DNA of 64,000 nucleotides from NCBI RefSeq assembly GCF_009914755.1, contig NC_060926.1; one strand, 5' to 3'. The translations under genes were made by a program, and so were the position numbers. The notes under the pieces were generated by a model. That model was not told where the DNA came from, searched no databases, and worked only from the letters and a program-made list of their open reading frames with translations. Positions 27,764 through 39,295 of the stretch are shown in pieces. The stretch is from the human T2T-CHM13v2.0 reference genome, Homo sapiens. Numbering within the stretch: position 1 is the stretch's first letter; each line of letters starts with the position of its first letter.

Positions 27764-29458
27764 CAGGGTTCTTGAACTTTCTTGGTCACAGCACCCCTAG
27801 TCTGTTAGTACTATTTTTATGGCTCCACCAGTCTGAGAGTAATAACTAACAGTTCTTTTTTTTTTTTTTTTTAACAATTAGGCTTAAACAACTTAAGAAG
27901 TACATATGGATTAACAATTTGGTAGACATTTGAAAAACATTCTTCTCTGGATACAGCCAGCAGGATACCCAAGAGTTCCTGACATTCCTTATGGGAGCGG
28001 CTACACCTTGAAATCAACCACGGAGGCCGCGGGGCTCCACCAGTCCCTGCCCATGGTCCAGCTCCCTCTCCACCCCACCAAGGGGAGTGCTCTGCTAAAA
28101 GAGTCTGAGTTAAATGATGCTGACTGGGCCAACCTAATGTGGAAGCGTTATCTGGAAGAACAAGAGGACAGCAAGATGGTGGATCTGTTTGTGGGCCAGA
28201 TGAAAAGTTATCTCAAGTGCCAGGCCTGTGGGTACCACTCTATGACCTTCAAGGTTTTTTTTTTTTGTGACCTCTCCCTGACCATCCCCAAGAAAGGATT
28301 TGCTGGGGGCAAGGTGTCTCTGCGGGATTGTTTAAGCCTTTTCACCAAGGAAGAAGAGCTAGAGTTAGAGAATGCCTCAGTGTGTGACCCACATTGGCAG
28401 AAAACACATGGTGCCAAAAGTTGACAGTACAAAGATTCCCTTGAATCTTCATGCTCCATCTGAATCAATTTTCTGCCTCCTGAGGCTCCATCAAGAAAAG
28501 TTCTGTAGGTGTAGACTTCCCACTGCAGTGACTGAGCCTAGGGGACTTTGCCAGTGACAAAGTCGGAAGTCCTGTCTACCAGCTGTGTGCCCTTTGGAAC
28601 CACTCAGGCAGCATCCACTGTGGCCACTACACAACCCTGTGCCAGTGCCAGACTGGTTGGCACGTTTACAATGACTCTTGTGTCTCCCCTGTAAGTGAAA
28701 ACCAGGTGGCATCCAGTGAAGCCTACTGTTCTACCAACTGACGCAGGAGCCACCCCAGTGCCTGTGACACCCCCTCTAAGCCCTGGCCCCTGTGAAGCCC
28801 TTTAAACACCCTTAAGCCCCAGGCTCCCCATATATCTCAGAGACATCTATTTTTGTGTCTTTTAAGTCAGAGAGTGGGGAGAGGGTGGTTGTAGCTCCCA
28901 TTATATATTTTTTCAAATTAAAAAGTACCTTTCCAAGTGGAGGATCCCTGGTCTCCCAGTCCCATGTACAGAGCTCACCAGGCCCCTGCACATGTACAGC
29001 CCCCAGACCCTCTGTAATCTCATTTTTTGTGAAAAAAAAGTACTTAAAATTTGAAATGTATTTAAAATTGAAAAACATACTTTGAAAAAAGTATTTTTAT
29101 TTTATTTGTAAATAACCACCGTTACTTACAAATGGGATTTATGTGCATGTTGGTCACTGCACAAATTCTCAAACCTTAGAATCAGATTGGATACCACCAC
29201 CCTCATTTTCCATTCCATACTGCATGCTTACTTGCATTTTAAGATAGTGACCACTAAATTCAACTTTGCCAAAAATATGACATTATGAAAAAGAATGTAG
29301 CATAATATAAATTTGAACCTCAACACCTTTGAGCCAGGAGTTCATGTGGTATCTGACCAGATGCTGTGTTTCTCTAGAAAATTTAAAATATCCCATAGCA
29401 ACCCTATGAATTTGCTGTGGCACCCTGGGGTGCCTCAGTGTACAGTTTGGGATCTGTG
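27764..29458 (-). mobile_element. hAT-Charlie DNA transposon (Charlie4a-like), split by the USP21 retrocopy into 27764-27940 and about 29079-29458
   Basis: Degenerate terminal inverted ends ('cagggttcttgaactt' and 'cagtttgggatctgtg'); internal 'ctcaaaccttagaatcagattggataccaccaccctcatttt' and 'tgtggcaccctggggtgcctcag' recalled from the Charlie4 family. Confidence 0.6.
27941..29069 (+). pseudogene. Processed, 5'-truncated pseudogene of USP21 (ubiquitin-specific peptidase 21)
   Basis: Intronless; translates to FSGYSQQDTQEFL, ANLMWKRYLE, KCQACGY, PKKGFAGGKVSLRDC, NHSGSIHCGHY, GWHVYNDS and QEPPQCL* (stop 28765-28767), matching the USP21 catalytic-domain C-terminal part, followed by 3' UTR-like sequence and an A-rich tail. 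Several frameshifts; TGA stops at 28442, 28481 and 28529; flanking repeat TTGAAAAACAT at 27930-27940 and 29068-29078. Confidence 0.95.
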
Positions 29459-29635
29459 GGACATGGATTCTGTTCTCCTGTTTTTTTATAGTCTGATAGA
29501 GAAGAGATGTCATATAAATAAGGAAGGATAGATTAGGTGCTATAAAAAATTCAACAGGTTAGAGCAGGGGTTCATTTGTGATATCATGAGCCAACAGAAT
29601 AACAAAATAAAATGGTAGTGACTATGGAGGGTGCC

Positions 29636-29930
29636 TTTTTTTTTGAGTCAGGGTCTCACTCTGTTGTCCAGGCTGCGGTGCAGTGGTGCAATCATGGCTC
29701 ACTGCATCCTCAACTTCCTAGGCTCAAATGATCCTCCTACCTCAGCCTCCCAGGTAGCTGGGACTATAACCATGTGCCACCACAGCTGGAAAATTTTTAA
29801 AATTTTTTCTAGAGAAAAAGTCTCACTTCATTACCCAGACTGGTGTCAAACTCCTGGGCTCAAGCAATCCTCCCACCTGAGTGTCCAAAAGTGCTGGGAT
29901 AACAGTCATAAGCCACCGTGCCCCACCTGG
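29636..29930 (-). mobile_element. AluJ
   Basis: T tract, 'cagggtctcactctgttgtccaggctg...atcatggctcactgca' and 'ctcctgggctcaagcaatcc'. Confidence 0.92.
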
Positions 29931-30009
29931 TTGTTTATTTTCATGTTAGCAAAAGGACATCAAATTTTCAAAAATCATGCACTACTATCATCATTTTAAT
30001 TACTTTTAA

Positions 30010-30670
30010 AATTTAGGAATAACTTAGGGTAATTTTTACATATGTAAATATTCATGTAACCATAACCTAGATCAGGAAATAGAATCATCTCAGAGGTACT
30101 CTCAGGTCGTTTCCAGTGAATACCTCACCTCTACCCCTCGCCCCATCCCAGGGAGAAAACTATTATATTGATCTCTAACCCTATAGAGTAGATCTACTAG
30201 TTATTGAACTTTATATAAATGGAATTATACAGTGTGGACTCTTATGTCTCACTTCTGTCTCAGCACAATGTCTGTGACATTCATTCACATTTTTGCATGC
30301 ATGGGTAATTTGTTCTTTTTTCTTTGTATGAATATATCACACTATCTTAAAAAATTCTTTTTTTAAAAAAGGAATTTCTCAAATTGGAAAAAGTTATCTT
30401 TTTACTTTCTTCATAGATGTACTGCATAAGCACGCTTCCTGAAGTAATATATTATTTAATCAGTTTTGTTTGCTTGGAAACTTTAGAAAATTGTATGCCA
30501 TTTTTTAAAGAATTGATTTCTTTTGCAACTTCCTTTTTCACTCAGTATTATGCTTGTGAGTCATCCATATTCAAAATAACCTATTGTTCATTTATTTTTA
30601 GTGCTGTATATAATTGTTTTTTGAAAAGGCACAATTTATCCATTTCCCTGATGATGGACATAAAAGAGTC
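30010..30670 (-). mobile_element. Old L1 (L1ME/MC-like) 3' fragments
   Basis: 'ttgaactttatataaatggaattatacagtgtggactctt', 'cagcacaatgtctgtgacattcattca', 'aatttatccatttccctgatgatggacat'. Confidence 0.6.
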
Positions 30671-31269
30671 ATTTGTATCCTAAATATGAAGAGAATTTTC
30701 TTTCATCAGACATTCAATACTAAGCATTTGCCATAATTGTAACCTATCTTTTTTTTTTTTTGCATATTTTTCTAAGACCACTGTCTCATTGGAGGCTATT
30801 TTTAACATAAGTCTGCAAACCTAAGGCAGTCCTGGAATAGTTGTCATGCAGTGTGTTCAACGTGGCTCTTCTCAATTCACAGAGGGACTCTATATAGCCC
30901 ATGGTCACACATCCCCAGATAGGCTCTGACCTCCTTATTAACAACACCCAAACCTCAGGAAATCTCTCAATAGAGCTTTCGACAAAAAGAGAACTGCACG
31001 GTGCCAAGTAAGGAACCTGACATCTCAGTCAATGTCAACCAGGGACCCCATTGAAAGAGTGATCCTGGAGCACATTGTAACAGCAAGAAACGCAGAAATA
31101 TTTTCCAGCTACAAGAGAAAGGCATTAAATTGAATGCCTCTGAAATTAAGAAGTCCATATGCCTTTAAAACCTTCCAGTTCCTTTATCTAATAGGACCGT
31201 TTTGCCTTTATCATTGAATTCCCAAAGGCTTACTGACAGAAGACAATCATAAGAGCTAAGCAAAGCCCA

Positions 31270-31470
31270 CTGCTATTAAATGTTTCCTAAGTAACAGGCA
31301 CTCACTGAGCTAAGTGCTTTTATATGGTTGATCTCACTCATTCCTCATAACGAGAATGTTGACAAAGCTACTGTCATTATTAGTCCCATTTGATGGATGA
31401 AGCGGAAGTAATTTGCCCCAAGTCCTACAGCTAGTGTTAGCAGCATGGATTTGAAAACAGGTGGTTGTGA
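31270..31470 (-). mobile_element. MIR SINE
   Basis: 'caggcactcactgagctaagtgcttttatat...atctcactcattcctcataac...tattagtcccattt...aagtaatttgccccaagt'. Confidence 0.65.
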
Positions 31471-32622
31471 CTTCAGAGCTTGTGTTCTTAGCCAGACACT
31501 TGTGCCCCTTGGCCCCTGTCTGTCCAGCTGCCAGTCTATGGGGACTGATGATATCTTGAATATAAGGATTGGAGACAGAGTAAGGCCATGTACAAGGGGC
31601 ATTTGGCATCTTTGGAGTAACAGGTCTATGTTTTAGTGTTACTACAAAGTCTTCACTTGTGTTCATTCTTTTTTGTTCAGAAACACGCTGCGGGACACAG
31701 AAGGAATAGAACTCACAGTTATGAAGGCTCTAGTTCTAGACATTCTGTTCAAAGCTTCCACAGATATTATTTTATTTAATCATGACTCCAGCTCTGTGAG
31801 GTTGAGCATAAAATCCACAATGGCTGAGAAAACTGATGCTTAGAGAGATTGCTTGAGGCATGTGTTTTGTAGATAGGATTTAAACCTATGGCTTTAGCCT
31901 CTCAATCCAGATCCCTTTCTATAAGCCCCAAGGCCAGGGGAAGCTTTTGAGGACTATAATCTTACATCACTTATCTAACCATTTTAAAAACTCAGTATTT
32001 GGGACTCATAAGCCCATTAGAAATCATATTTTGTTTAGTCCTCTTTAAAATCTGCATTTAAATTAGCCTTAAGATCTGTTTAAATATAGGCTCAGAAAAC
32101 GAATATGAGGGCTCCAAGGCAAATCTCATATGTCATATTTCTCAGGCTATCTATGAGTTTGCATCCTCTTTTCTAAAAGATACCACCTCCCAACTTTCTG
32201 TTAAGACGAAATAGGAAAATGCAAAAAGGCCATTATTTAATGATAACTTACTGAGAGCCATTTCGAGGGTACCTCTTTGATAACACAACTACAACTAACA
32301 ATAAATATTTTAAGTGGACAAACTCAGGAGTTTCAAAAAGCTGGAAATTAATTGCCTACTAAACCCTTGACCTGAACTGAGAAGAAGCGGCTGCCGTTTT
32401 GTACAACATGGCCTCCCCCTCTGCCAGAGCTGATTGGACAAGGGTGGACACATGACTCAAGCTGGGCCAATTAGATTTACTTTCTCAGTTATTTGTAATG
32501 GGACTGAGAGAGATTCGCTCTCTTCAAGTGGCTAAACCTGCACTATCTAAACTCTGGAACCACGGGACAGGGAGCTGAGCAGTGAAACCACTCTGTGAAA
32601 AAGAAGAATGAAGTAGATGTGC

Positions 32623-33300
32623 TGTATATATCGGTCAGGTTCAGTCAGGAAAACAGAAACTACACCAGCTATTTTAACAGAAGAGTTAATAATGCCACTT
32701 GGTTAAAAGGCTTTGGGGGCTGTAGTGGCAAACAGGGAACATGGAAGTTTTACAGAGATAGTAACTTCAGGAAGCAGCTCACATTCTTAGGGCTAGGGGA
32801 ACAAATGGAGGAAGTTACCAGAACCTGGAGGTTTGGAAAAGAAACATGAAGAGCTGAGACTCAGACCTCTGAAGGAGGAGTACCATTGGCTGGTGTTGGT
32901 GCCTCTGAAACTGACAGGAAGTCCCCACAGATGGAGGCCCAGGAAGAGGGCGCTGGCCAGCTGCAGCTGGTGTCTCCAAAGGGTCACCATGAGGCGGGTT
33001 ATGGGTGTGCAGGACAAAGCTGGAAACAGGAACCAGATGCTGCTGCTGGGGCAAAGACCTGTGATAGGTGATACAGTCAGCAACAGCCAGACAACTAGGG
33101 ACAAGGTAGCAAGTAGTCCCTTCTCCCTCCTTCAGCCTGGCAGATTCTCTCTAGCATCCCTTCCCCTCCATAAAGCCTGGCATGGAACCAGTTAGCGAGG
33201 GGAAAAAAAAGTGATTTGTAGAGACCTAGCTGAAGCATCACAAAGAAGAGTTAAGAAGGGTGTGTTTGGAGCCAAGAGATAAAAGTTCAATGGCCAGGAC
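32623..33300 (-). mobile_element. Old ERVL-type LTR relic (family uncertain)
   Basis: Start 'tgtatatatcggtcaggttcagtcaggaaaacagaaactacacc' resembles antisense ends of ERVL LTRs; sits between MLT1/LTR16-like fragments. Confidence 0.4.
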
Positions 33301-33351
33301 ACACGGACAGATGTGGCCTTGAGGGTCCATGTGACTCTGCAGTCTCTAGCC

Positions 33352-33564
33352 TGGAGGGTTCTCACAAGCAGCACTCTTGACATTTGGGGCCAGATAATTC
33401 TTTGACGTGGGGGCTGTCCTGGGCATTGTAAGATATTGAACACCATCCCTGGCCTCTTCCCACTAGATGCCAATAGCACCTCCCCAGCTGTGACAACTAA
33501 AAATGTTTCCAGACATTGCCAGTGTCCCCTGGAGGGCAGAATTACCCCCAGTTGAGATCCACTG
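33352..33564. mobile_element. MER20 hAT-Charlie DNA transposon
   Basis: 'gacatttggggccagataattctttg...gcctcttcccactagatgccaatagcacc...tgtgacaactaaaaatgtttccagacattgcca...gttgagatccactg'. Confidence 0.88.
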
Positions 33565-33694
33565 AGCTAAGTTCTTGCTTTGTGTTCTGTAAGACATCCC
33601 TGCTCTTTTAATTCTCCTTTTTCCATTAAATTCCATTAAATTCTTTCAATTTAGGTCTTATAACCTGCAACCCAGGGAGTCTTAAAAGCTATCC

Positions 33695-33850
33695 TAACAT
33701 TTGCTGAGATCTTAAATATGTCCCAGGCCCTGTGCTAAGCATTTACAGGCATCATCTACTTTAATGTTCTCCACAATCCTATGAATCAGGTACAGGTATT
33801 TTGCCCTCACTTCACAGAAGAGGAAACTGAGGATCTAAGAGGATACTGAC
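33695..33850 (-). mobile_element. MIR fragment
   Basis: 'ccaggccctgtgctaagcatttaca...acaatcctatga...acagaagaggaaactgagg'. Confidence 0.7.
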
Positions 33851-34163
33851 CCCCAGCCACTGAATGGAATGGGTACTTTACAACCATGAGGCTTTACTGT
33901 AATATGTCACCACTCACCAGCGTGACAGGCAGCCACCTTCTTATCCTAGATCCTTTACTTATATTCAGTTGAACCATATGAAATTGCTGTTTTTTACATC
34001 AAAGAGGTGAGATATCAGCAATTTACTTTGGTTCCAATGGGTGCCTTCTGCCCTTTGCCAGGAATGCCTGCCTCCATCCACTGATCTTACCCGTCTTTCA
34101 GGCTGGTTTTTACTCCTCCATCCACCACGAGTTCTTCCTGGACCACTTATGGAGCTAATGGAG

Positions 34164-34546
34164 ATATATGGGGTTGCTAGGACTCCCATAACAAAGTATC
34201 ACTGACTGAATCCAGCAACAAAATTTATTTTCTCACAGTTCTGGAGGCTGGAAGTCTGAGTTCAGGATGTCACAGGGTTGATTTATTCTGAGGCCTCTCT
34301 CCTAGGCTTGCAGACGGCCACCTTCTCACTCTGTCTTCACACAGTCCTCCTTCTGGGCATGTCTGGATCCTGATCTCTTCTTCTATGGACACCAGTCATA
34401 TTGGATGAAGGCCCACCTTAATGACCTCATTTTAAGGTAATCACCTTTTTAAAGACCTACCTTCAAATATAGTCACATTCTACGGTACTGGGTTTAGGAC
34501 TTCATCATATGGACTTGGGGAAGGGAGCATAATTCAGCACACAGCA
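34164..34546 (-). mobile_element. MaLR solo LTR (MLT1B-like)
   Basis: 'ctcacagttctggaggctggaagtctgag...ggacaccagtcatattgga...aatgacctcattttaa...aattcagcacacagca'. Confidence 0.85.
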
Positions 34547-34634
34547 GGAGCCCCCATCCTCCTAGAAGCACACAGTGCCTGCTATTTATGAGATTCATTC
34601 ATCACTCAATTATATCTCTCTTATTTGGCTCTTT

Positions 34635-34915
34635 TTTTTGAGATGGAGTCTCACTCTGTCAGGCTGGAGTGCAGTGCCATGATCTCGACTCACTGCAACC
34701 TCCAACTCCCTAGTTCAAGCAATTCTCCTGCCTCAGCCTCCTGAGTAGCTGGGATTACAGGCATGTACCACTATGCCCAGCTAATTTTTGTATTTTTAGT
34801 AGAGACGGGGTTTCACCACGTTGGCCAGGATAGTCGCGATCTCCTGACCTTGTGATCTGCCCGCCTCAGCCTCCCAAAGTGCTGGGATTACAGACGTGAG
34901 CCACCATGCCCGGCC
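34635..34915 (-). mobile_element. Alu (AluSc-like)
   Basis: Full Alu body with a short T tract; 14-bp TSD TTATTTGGCTCTTT at 34621-34634 and 34916-34929. Confidence 0.95.
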
Positions 34916-35884
34916 TTATTTGGCTCTTTATACATATGTGTATATATATATATATCTTGTTCCTTCAAGAAGTCCATAAGCTTATTAAAAACACTGCCTC
35001 CCCAAAACCTAGCACAGTGGTAGGCACTGATCAATAGGATATTGTACAGTTATCATCGAATATCATAGCCATGTTAAAGCAGGAACATTGACTTAAAAAT
35101 ATCCCATGATTCCATCCAGCTTTTAGTTTCCAGGGCTTACTGCTCTTTAAAACCAATTTTTATGCAGTTAAAACACACTTTGAGGTCTCTTGAAAACCTT
35201 TATTATTACTTTAATTTTCCTCATGATGAGACAGCATGAATGCTATCAAGAACTGAGCTTTAACAACACGCAAAACTGATTTGCCCTGCTGGAGGCCCTC
35301 AAGGTTTTCAGTTCTAACTACTGATGAAGTAAGCACAGACTCTAAGATAAAGGGGAGAGAAAGAAAAATATCAAGACCAAAACAGAATATATAAATCCGG
35401 GAGCCCCAACCCACAGGCCAGCTAAAAATAGAACTCTTTCTTAGCTCAGTGAGTGCCTGTAACATGGCTGATGGATGTTATTGGTTGGCAAGGAAACACA
35501 GGTTTACGGAATAAATGTAAATATATTCGTTCTAAGGAGTCTTCTCAGACCCACGTTGGCTTTTTGCCCAGGTCCACAGCATGTCTGGACATAGGGGGAT
35601 TCAGATCTCTGTGTGCAGAACAGTCATTGTTTCTGCCAGAACATGCAAAAATCTCTCACTTATGACATTTTTATTTGACTGGAGAATATGGTGAACAGCC
35701 TCCAAATCATGTTCCTGATGGACTGCCTCTGTGTGTGCTTTCATTAACCACATTTTTGCATTTGTTCATTTGTCTTCTTTCAGCAAATATTTATTGGGTG
35801 CCTACTTTGCCCTGGTTTGTGATATGAATTTACCATGCTGCACTGTAGTCAGCTACTTTGAGTCTAGGTCAAGCCACACGATGT

Positions 35885-36140
35885 AGGGAGGCAGTAGGGA
35901 TGGTGGTTAAAAATGGATTCTGGGGCCAGACGGCTTGGAGTCCCACCAGGCTCTCACACCTGCTGGCTCTCTGGTCTTCAGCGACCTTGCCTGTGCCTCG
36001 TTTGTCACACAGGGATAATAATTTACTTACCTTGTGGGTTGTAGTGATAACTAATTTATACATGACGTGTGAATTACTTATTGTAGCTCCTGGCACATTA
36101 TAAGAGCTAAGAAGTAATTAGCTGCAATCACTATTACTGT
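35885..36140 (+). mobile_element. MIR SINE
   Basis: 'ggaggcagtagggatggtggttaaaa...tctggggccagac...ctgtgcctcgtttgtc...ggataata...cctggcacat'. Confidence 0.7.
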
Positions 36141-36511
36141 TTTTCAAACAATACTGTTTGAAATTAAAATTATTTTTGAAATTTATTTCTTTGGTATTTT
36201 CTATTACTCCTGCTCTTTTCCTATTTGGGACATCACCATTACAAACCACTGCTTTGGGGGAAAGTCATTGTAACAGAAAAAAGTTAAAGTCTTTTGACAT
36301 CAAACTCAAAAGCTGACTTGAAGCTACCTTCCATCTTCTGAGACTAGACACTTTTCTCTTAGTGTGGGGGAGTGATGGAAAGGCATTGTCAGAGCCTGAT
36401 AAAGGGGTACCCATGTGCTTTCTGGTGGAGGGAGGGAAAATCCAGAGGGTACATATGGTGCATGACACGAACCTGACATACATATAAAGAGACTTAAGAG
36501 CAGATATCATT

Positions 36512-36877
36512 TGTCTTAGTTAGTTTGGGCTGCCAGAACAAAATATCACAGAGTGGATGGCTGAGCAACGAACACTTATTTCTCATAGTTCTGGAGGCTG
36601 GGAAGTCCAAGATCAAGGTGCCACCAGATTTGGTATCTGCTGAGGGCCCTCTTCCTGGTTCACAGATGACTGTCTTCTCACTGTGTGCTCACATAGCAGA
36701 AAGCAGAGAGCATGCTCTCTGGCTTCTCTTATATAAAGATATTAATCCCATTCAAGAGGGCTTCACCGTCATGACCTAATCACTTCTCAAAGGCCCTACC
36801 TCCAAATGCTGTCACACTGGGGATTAGGCTTCAATATATGAATTTGGAGGGAGAAGGTAAAAATGTTGTCTACAGCA
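36512..36877 (-). mobile_element. MaLR solo LTR (MLT1A-like)
   Basis: 'tgtcttagttagtttgggctgc...tttctcatagttctggaggctgggaagtccaagatcaaggtgcc...catgacctaatcac'. Confidence 0.88.
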
Positions 36878-37333
36878 CCATGTGCCTCAAGAGGATAGAA
36901 GCAGAAAGCTCTTGGTCGGTTCTCAGAGCTTCCTGTGGCCCAGTGAAGGGGGAAGGGGACTGAGGGTGGGGAGAGAAGAATGTGTCTTCTTGCCAAGGAT
37001 TAGCGTTAAAGGCACAGAGGATCTGACTCCAAGGGGCTGTTTGGACAAGACTCCAAGGAGCAATGGACTAGAGTCCTGCATGAACAATAACTGAAGATAA
37101 GACACCCACTCTCTCACCCACTAACCCAATGCCTCAGCATAACACAGGACTCCAAGAACTTAGATGCAATCCCAGTAGGGGCAGGCATAATGGGTTGGGG
37201 ACATTTGCAACAATTACTATCATTACTGAAAGCTTCAAGAACAGGAACTGTTACTTTATATCCGTAGTGTGTAGAGTAGGCCTGGTATGTAGTTGGTGCT
37301 CCGTAAAATTTATAACATATTAATGACAGGCAT

Positions 37334-37694
37334 TGTATTAGTTGGTTCTCACACTGCTATAAAGAACTACCTGAGACTGGGTAATTTATAAACAAAAGAG
37401 GTTTAACTGACTCACAGTTCTGCATGGCTGGGGAGGCCTCTGGAGACTTATAATCATGGTAGAAGGTGAAGGAGAAGCAAGGCACATTGTATATGGTGGC
37501 AGGAGACAGAGGGATGGTGGATGTGCCACACTTTTAAACCATCAGATCTCTTGAGAACTCCCTCACTATCATGAAAATAGCATGGGGGAAAATGTCTCCA
37601 AGATCAAATCACCTCCCACCAGCTCCCTCCCTCAACATGTGGGGATTACAATTCAAGATGAGATTTGGGTGGGGACACAGAGCCAAACATATTA
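37334..37694 (-). mobile_element. THE1D/MSTA-like solo LTR
   Basis: 'tgtattagttggttctcacactgctataaag' to 'gagatttgggtggggacacagagccaaacatatta'; TSD GGCAT/GGCAC. Confidence 0.92.
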
Positions 37695-37775
37695 GGCACT
37701 GAAGTAGATGTTAGTGCCATACAGATAAGAAGGCATGATCCTTGCTCCTCGGGAGCTGAGTCTTATGGAGACGTC

Positions 37776-37826
37776 TACACACACACACACACACGTGTGC
37801 GCGCACACACACACACACACACACAC
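37776..37826. repeat. Interrupted (CA)n microsatellite
   Basis: (AC)9, then GTGTGCGCGC, then (AC)11. Confidence 0.95.
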
Positions 37827-39029
37827 CAAACTGATCCCAATGAGGTAAAGGTATAACCAAGGCACAACAAAAGCACAGTGGGAAGAGTCCCCAAGCCTGA
37901 TTGCAGACATCAGAGAAGAGATGTTGGCACTCACTGATGCCAGGGCACGGCCAGCAGAAGGAACAATGTGTACACAGATCAAAGGCTGAGAACAGCAGGG
38001 TACGAGAAGTGAGGGTGAGTACCGAACCCAGCTGCCATTTTACTCACTGCGGGTGTGGAGTCTGACAAAGGACACAGATGCCCCACAGGGCTCTCTCAAG
38101 CCAGTTCTTGACTAGAGTTTAAAGCTTTCTCTGAATGCACTGGTGCCTCAGGCACGTTCCCTCCTAAGACATGGGATTTTTCTCAACAAATGTCTTTGGA
38201 AGCGGGAAGGAGAATGGGGCTGCAGCCAGAACAGCTGCATGCATGTTCCAACTCCATCACTCCCTTAGCTCTGTGGTTTGGACCAAGTGATGTAACCCCC
38301 TCGTGTCTCTGAAATACAGACAATTCATCTATTACCTGAGAATGAACAGAAAACTGCAAGACTTGCCTGAGATTTCTTCTTCTTTGTGGTTCAGAATGAC
38401 TTTGAGCAGTGGGTTTGAAGAGGCAATAGAGGGATAGAGTAGGCTTGATTTTGGCAGAAAGCGCCCCACAGAGTCCAGCATGTTCACTCAAACATTTAGA
38501 ATAAGCCCATAGACCTAAGGCAGGAATATGCAGAATGTACTAGAAGAGCTGAAGGGAGATCAATGGGGATGGTGAATTAATATTTCTTGAACTTGTACTT
38601 TGTACCAGTTATTATTAGGGAGGATAGAAACATATAGATCCATGAACAGTTACTGTTCTTCAGAAAATCATAATTGTTCACATAAGGAAAGCAAATGGGA
38701 ACAAGTAATGATGGAACAGGGGGTTGTATGTGTACAGGGTATGTAGGTACAAAGGGCTTTAAGGACACAGAGAAGGGAAAACTCCAATAGTGAGGGGGTC
38801 ACATAGAAGGATGGCACTTGGGATGGGTTGTAAAGCCCCTAACAGATGTGAAATCAAGAAACAGAAGACAGTTTATAATCAAGCACTAAGTCGTATTTTA
38901 GTGGGTATTTAGCTCTAAGGTGGGATAGTAATCTGATAAAACAGGAGTGACTCATCATTTTAATAGCTCTCTGTATAGTATTTTTCCTTGTTTATTTTCC
39001 CCCTACATGGTTTTATGTAAAATTGTTGG

Positions 39030-39295
39030 TTTTTTTTTCTTTTCTTTTCTTTTTGAGTCTCACTGTGTCACTCAGGCTGGAGTGCAGTGGCATGATCACG
39101 GCTCACTACAGCCTCAACCTCCCAGGCTCAAGCAATACTCCCTCCTCCAGCCTCCCTTGTAGCTGGGACTACAGGCATGTACCATCATGCTCGGAAATAT
39201 TTTTGTATGTTTTGTAGAGACAGGGTTTCGCCATGTAGCCCAGGCTTGTCTCTAACTCCTGGGCTCAAGGGATCACCTGCCTCAGCCTCCCGATG
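39030..39295 (-). mobile_element. AluJ, 5'-truncated
   Basis: T-rich tail and Alu body; TSD TGTAAAATTGTT at 39016-39027 and 39296-39307. Confidence 0.9.

Noticed and set aside
27930-28424. 164-aa ORF as a functional USP gene
   Set aside because: It starts at a TTG inside the flanking duplication, the first part is out of frame with USP21, there is no Cys box, and the downstream homology has stops and frameshifts.
32793-33195. Overlapping 60-120 aa ORFs
   Set aside because: They lie in an LTR-like relic, several use non-ATG starts, and I recognise no protein domain.
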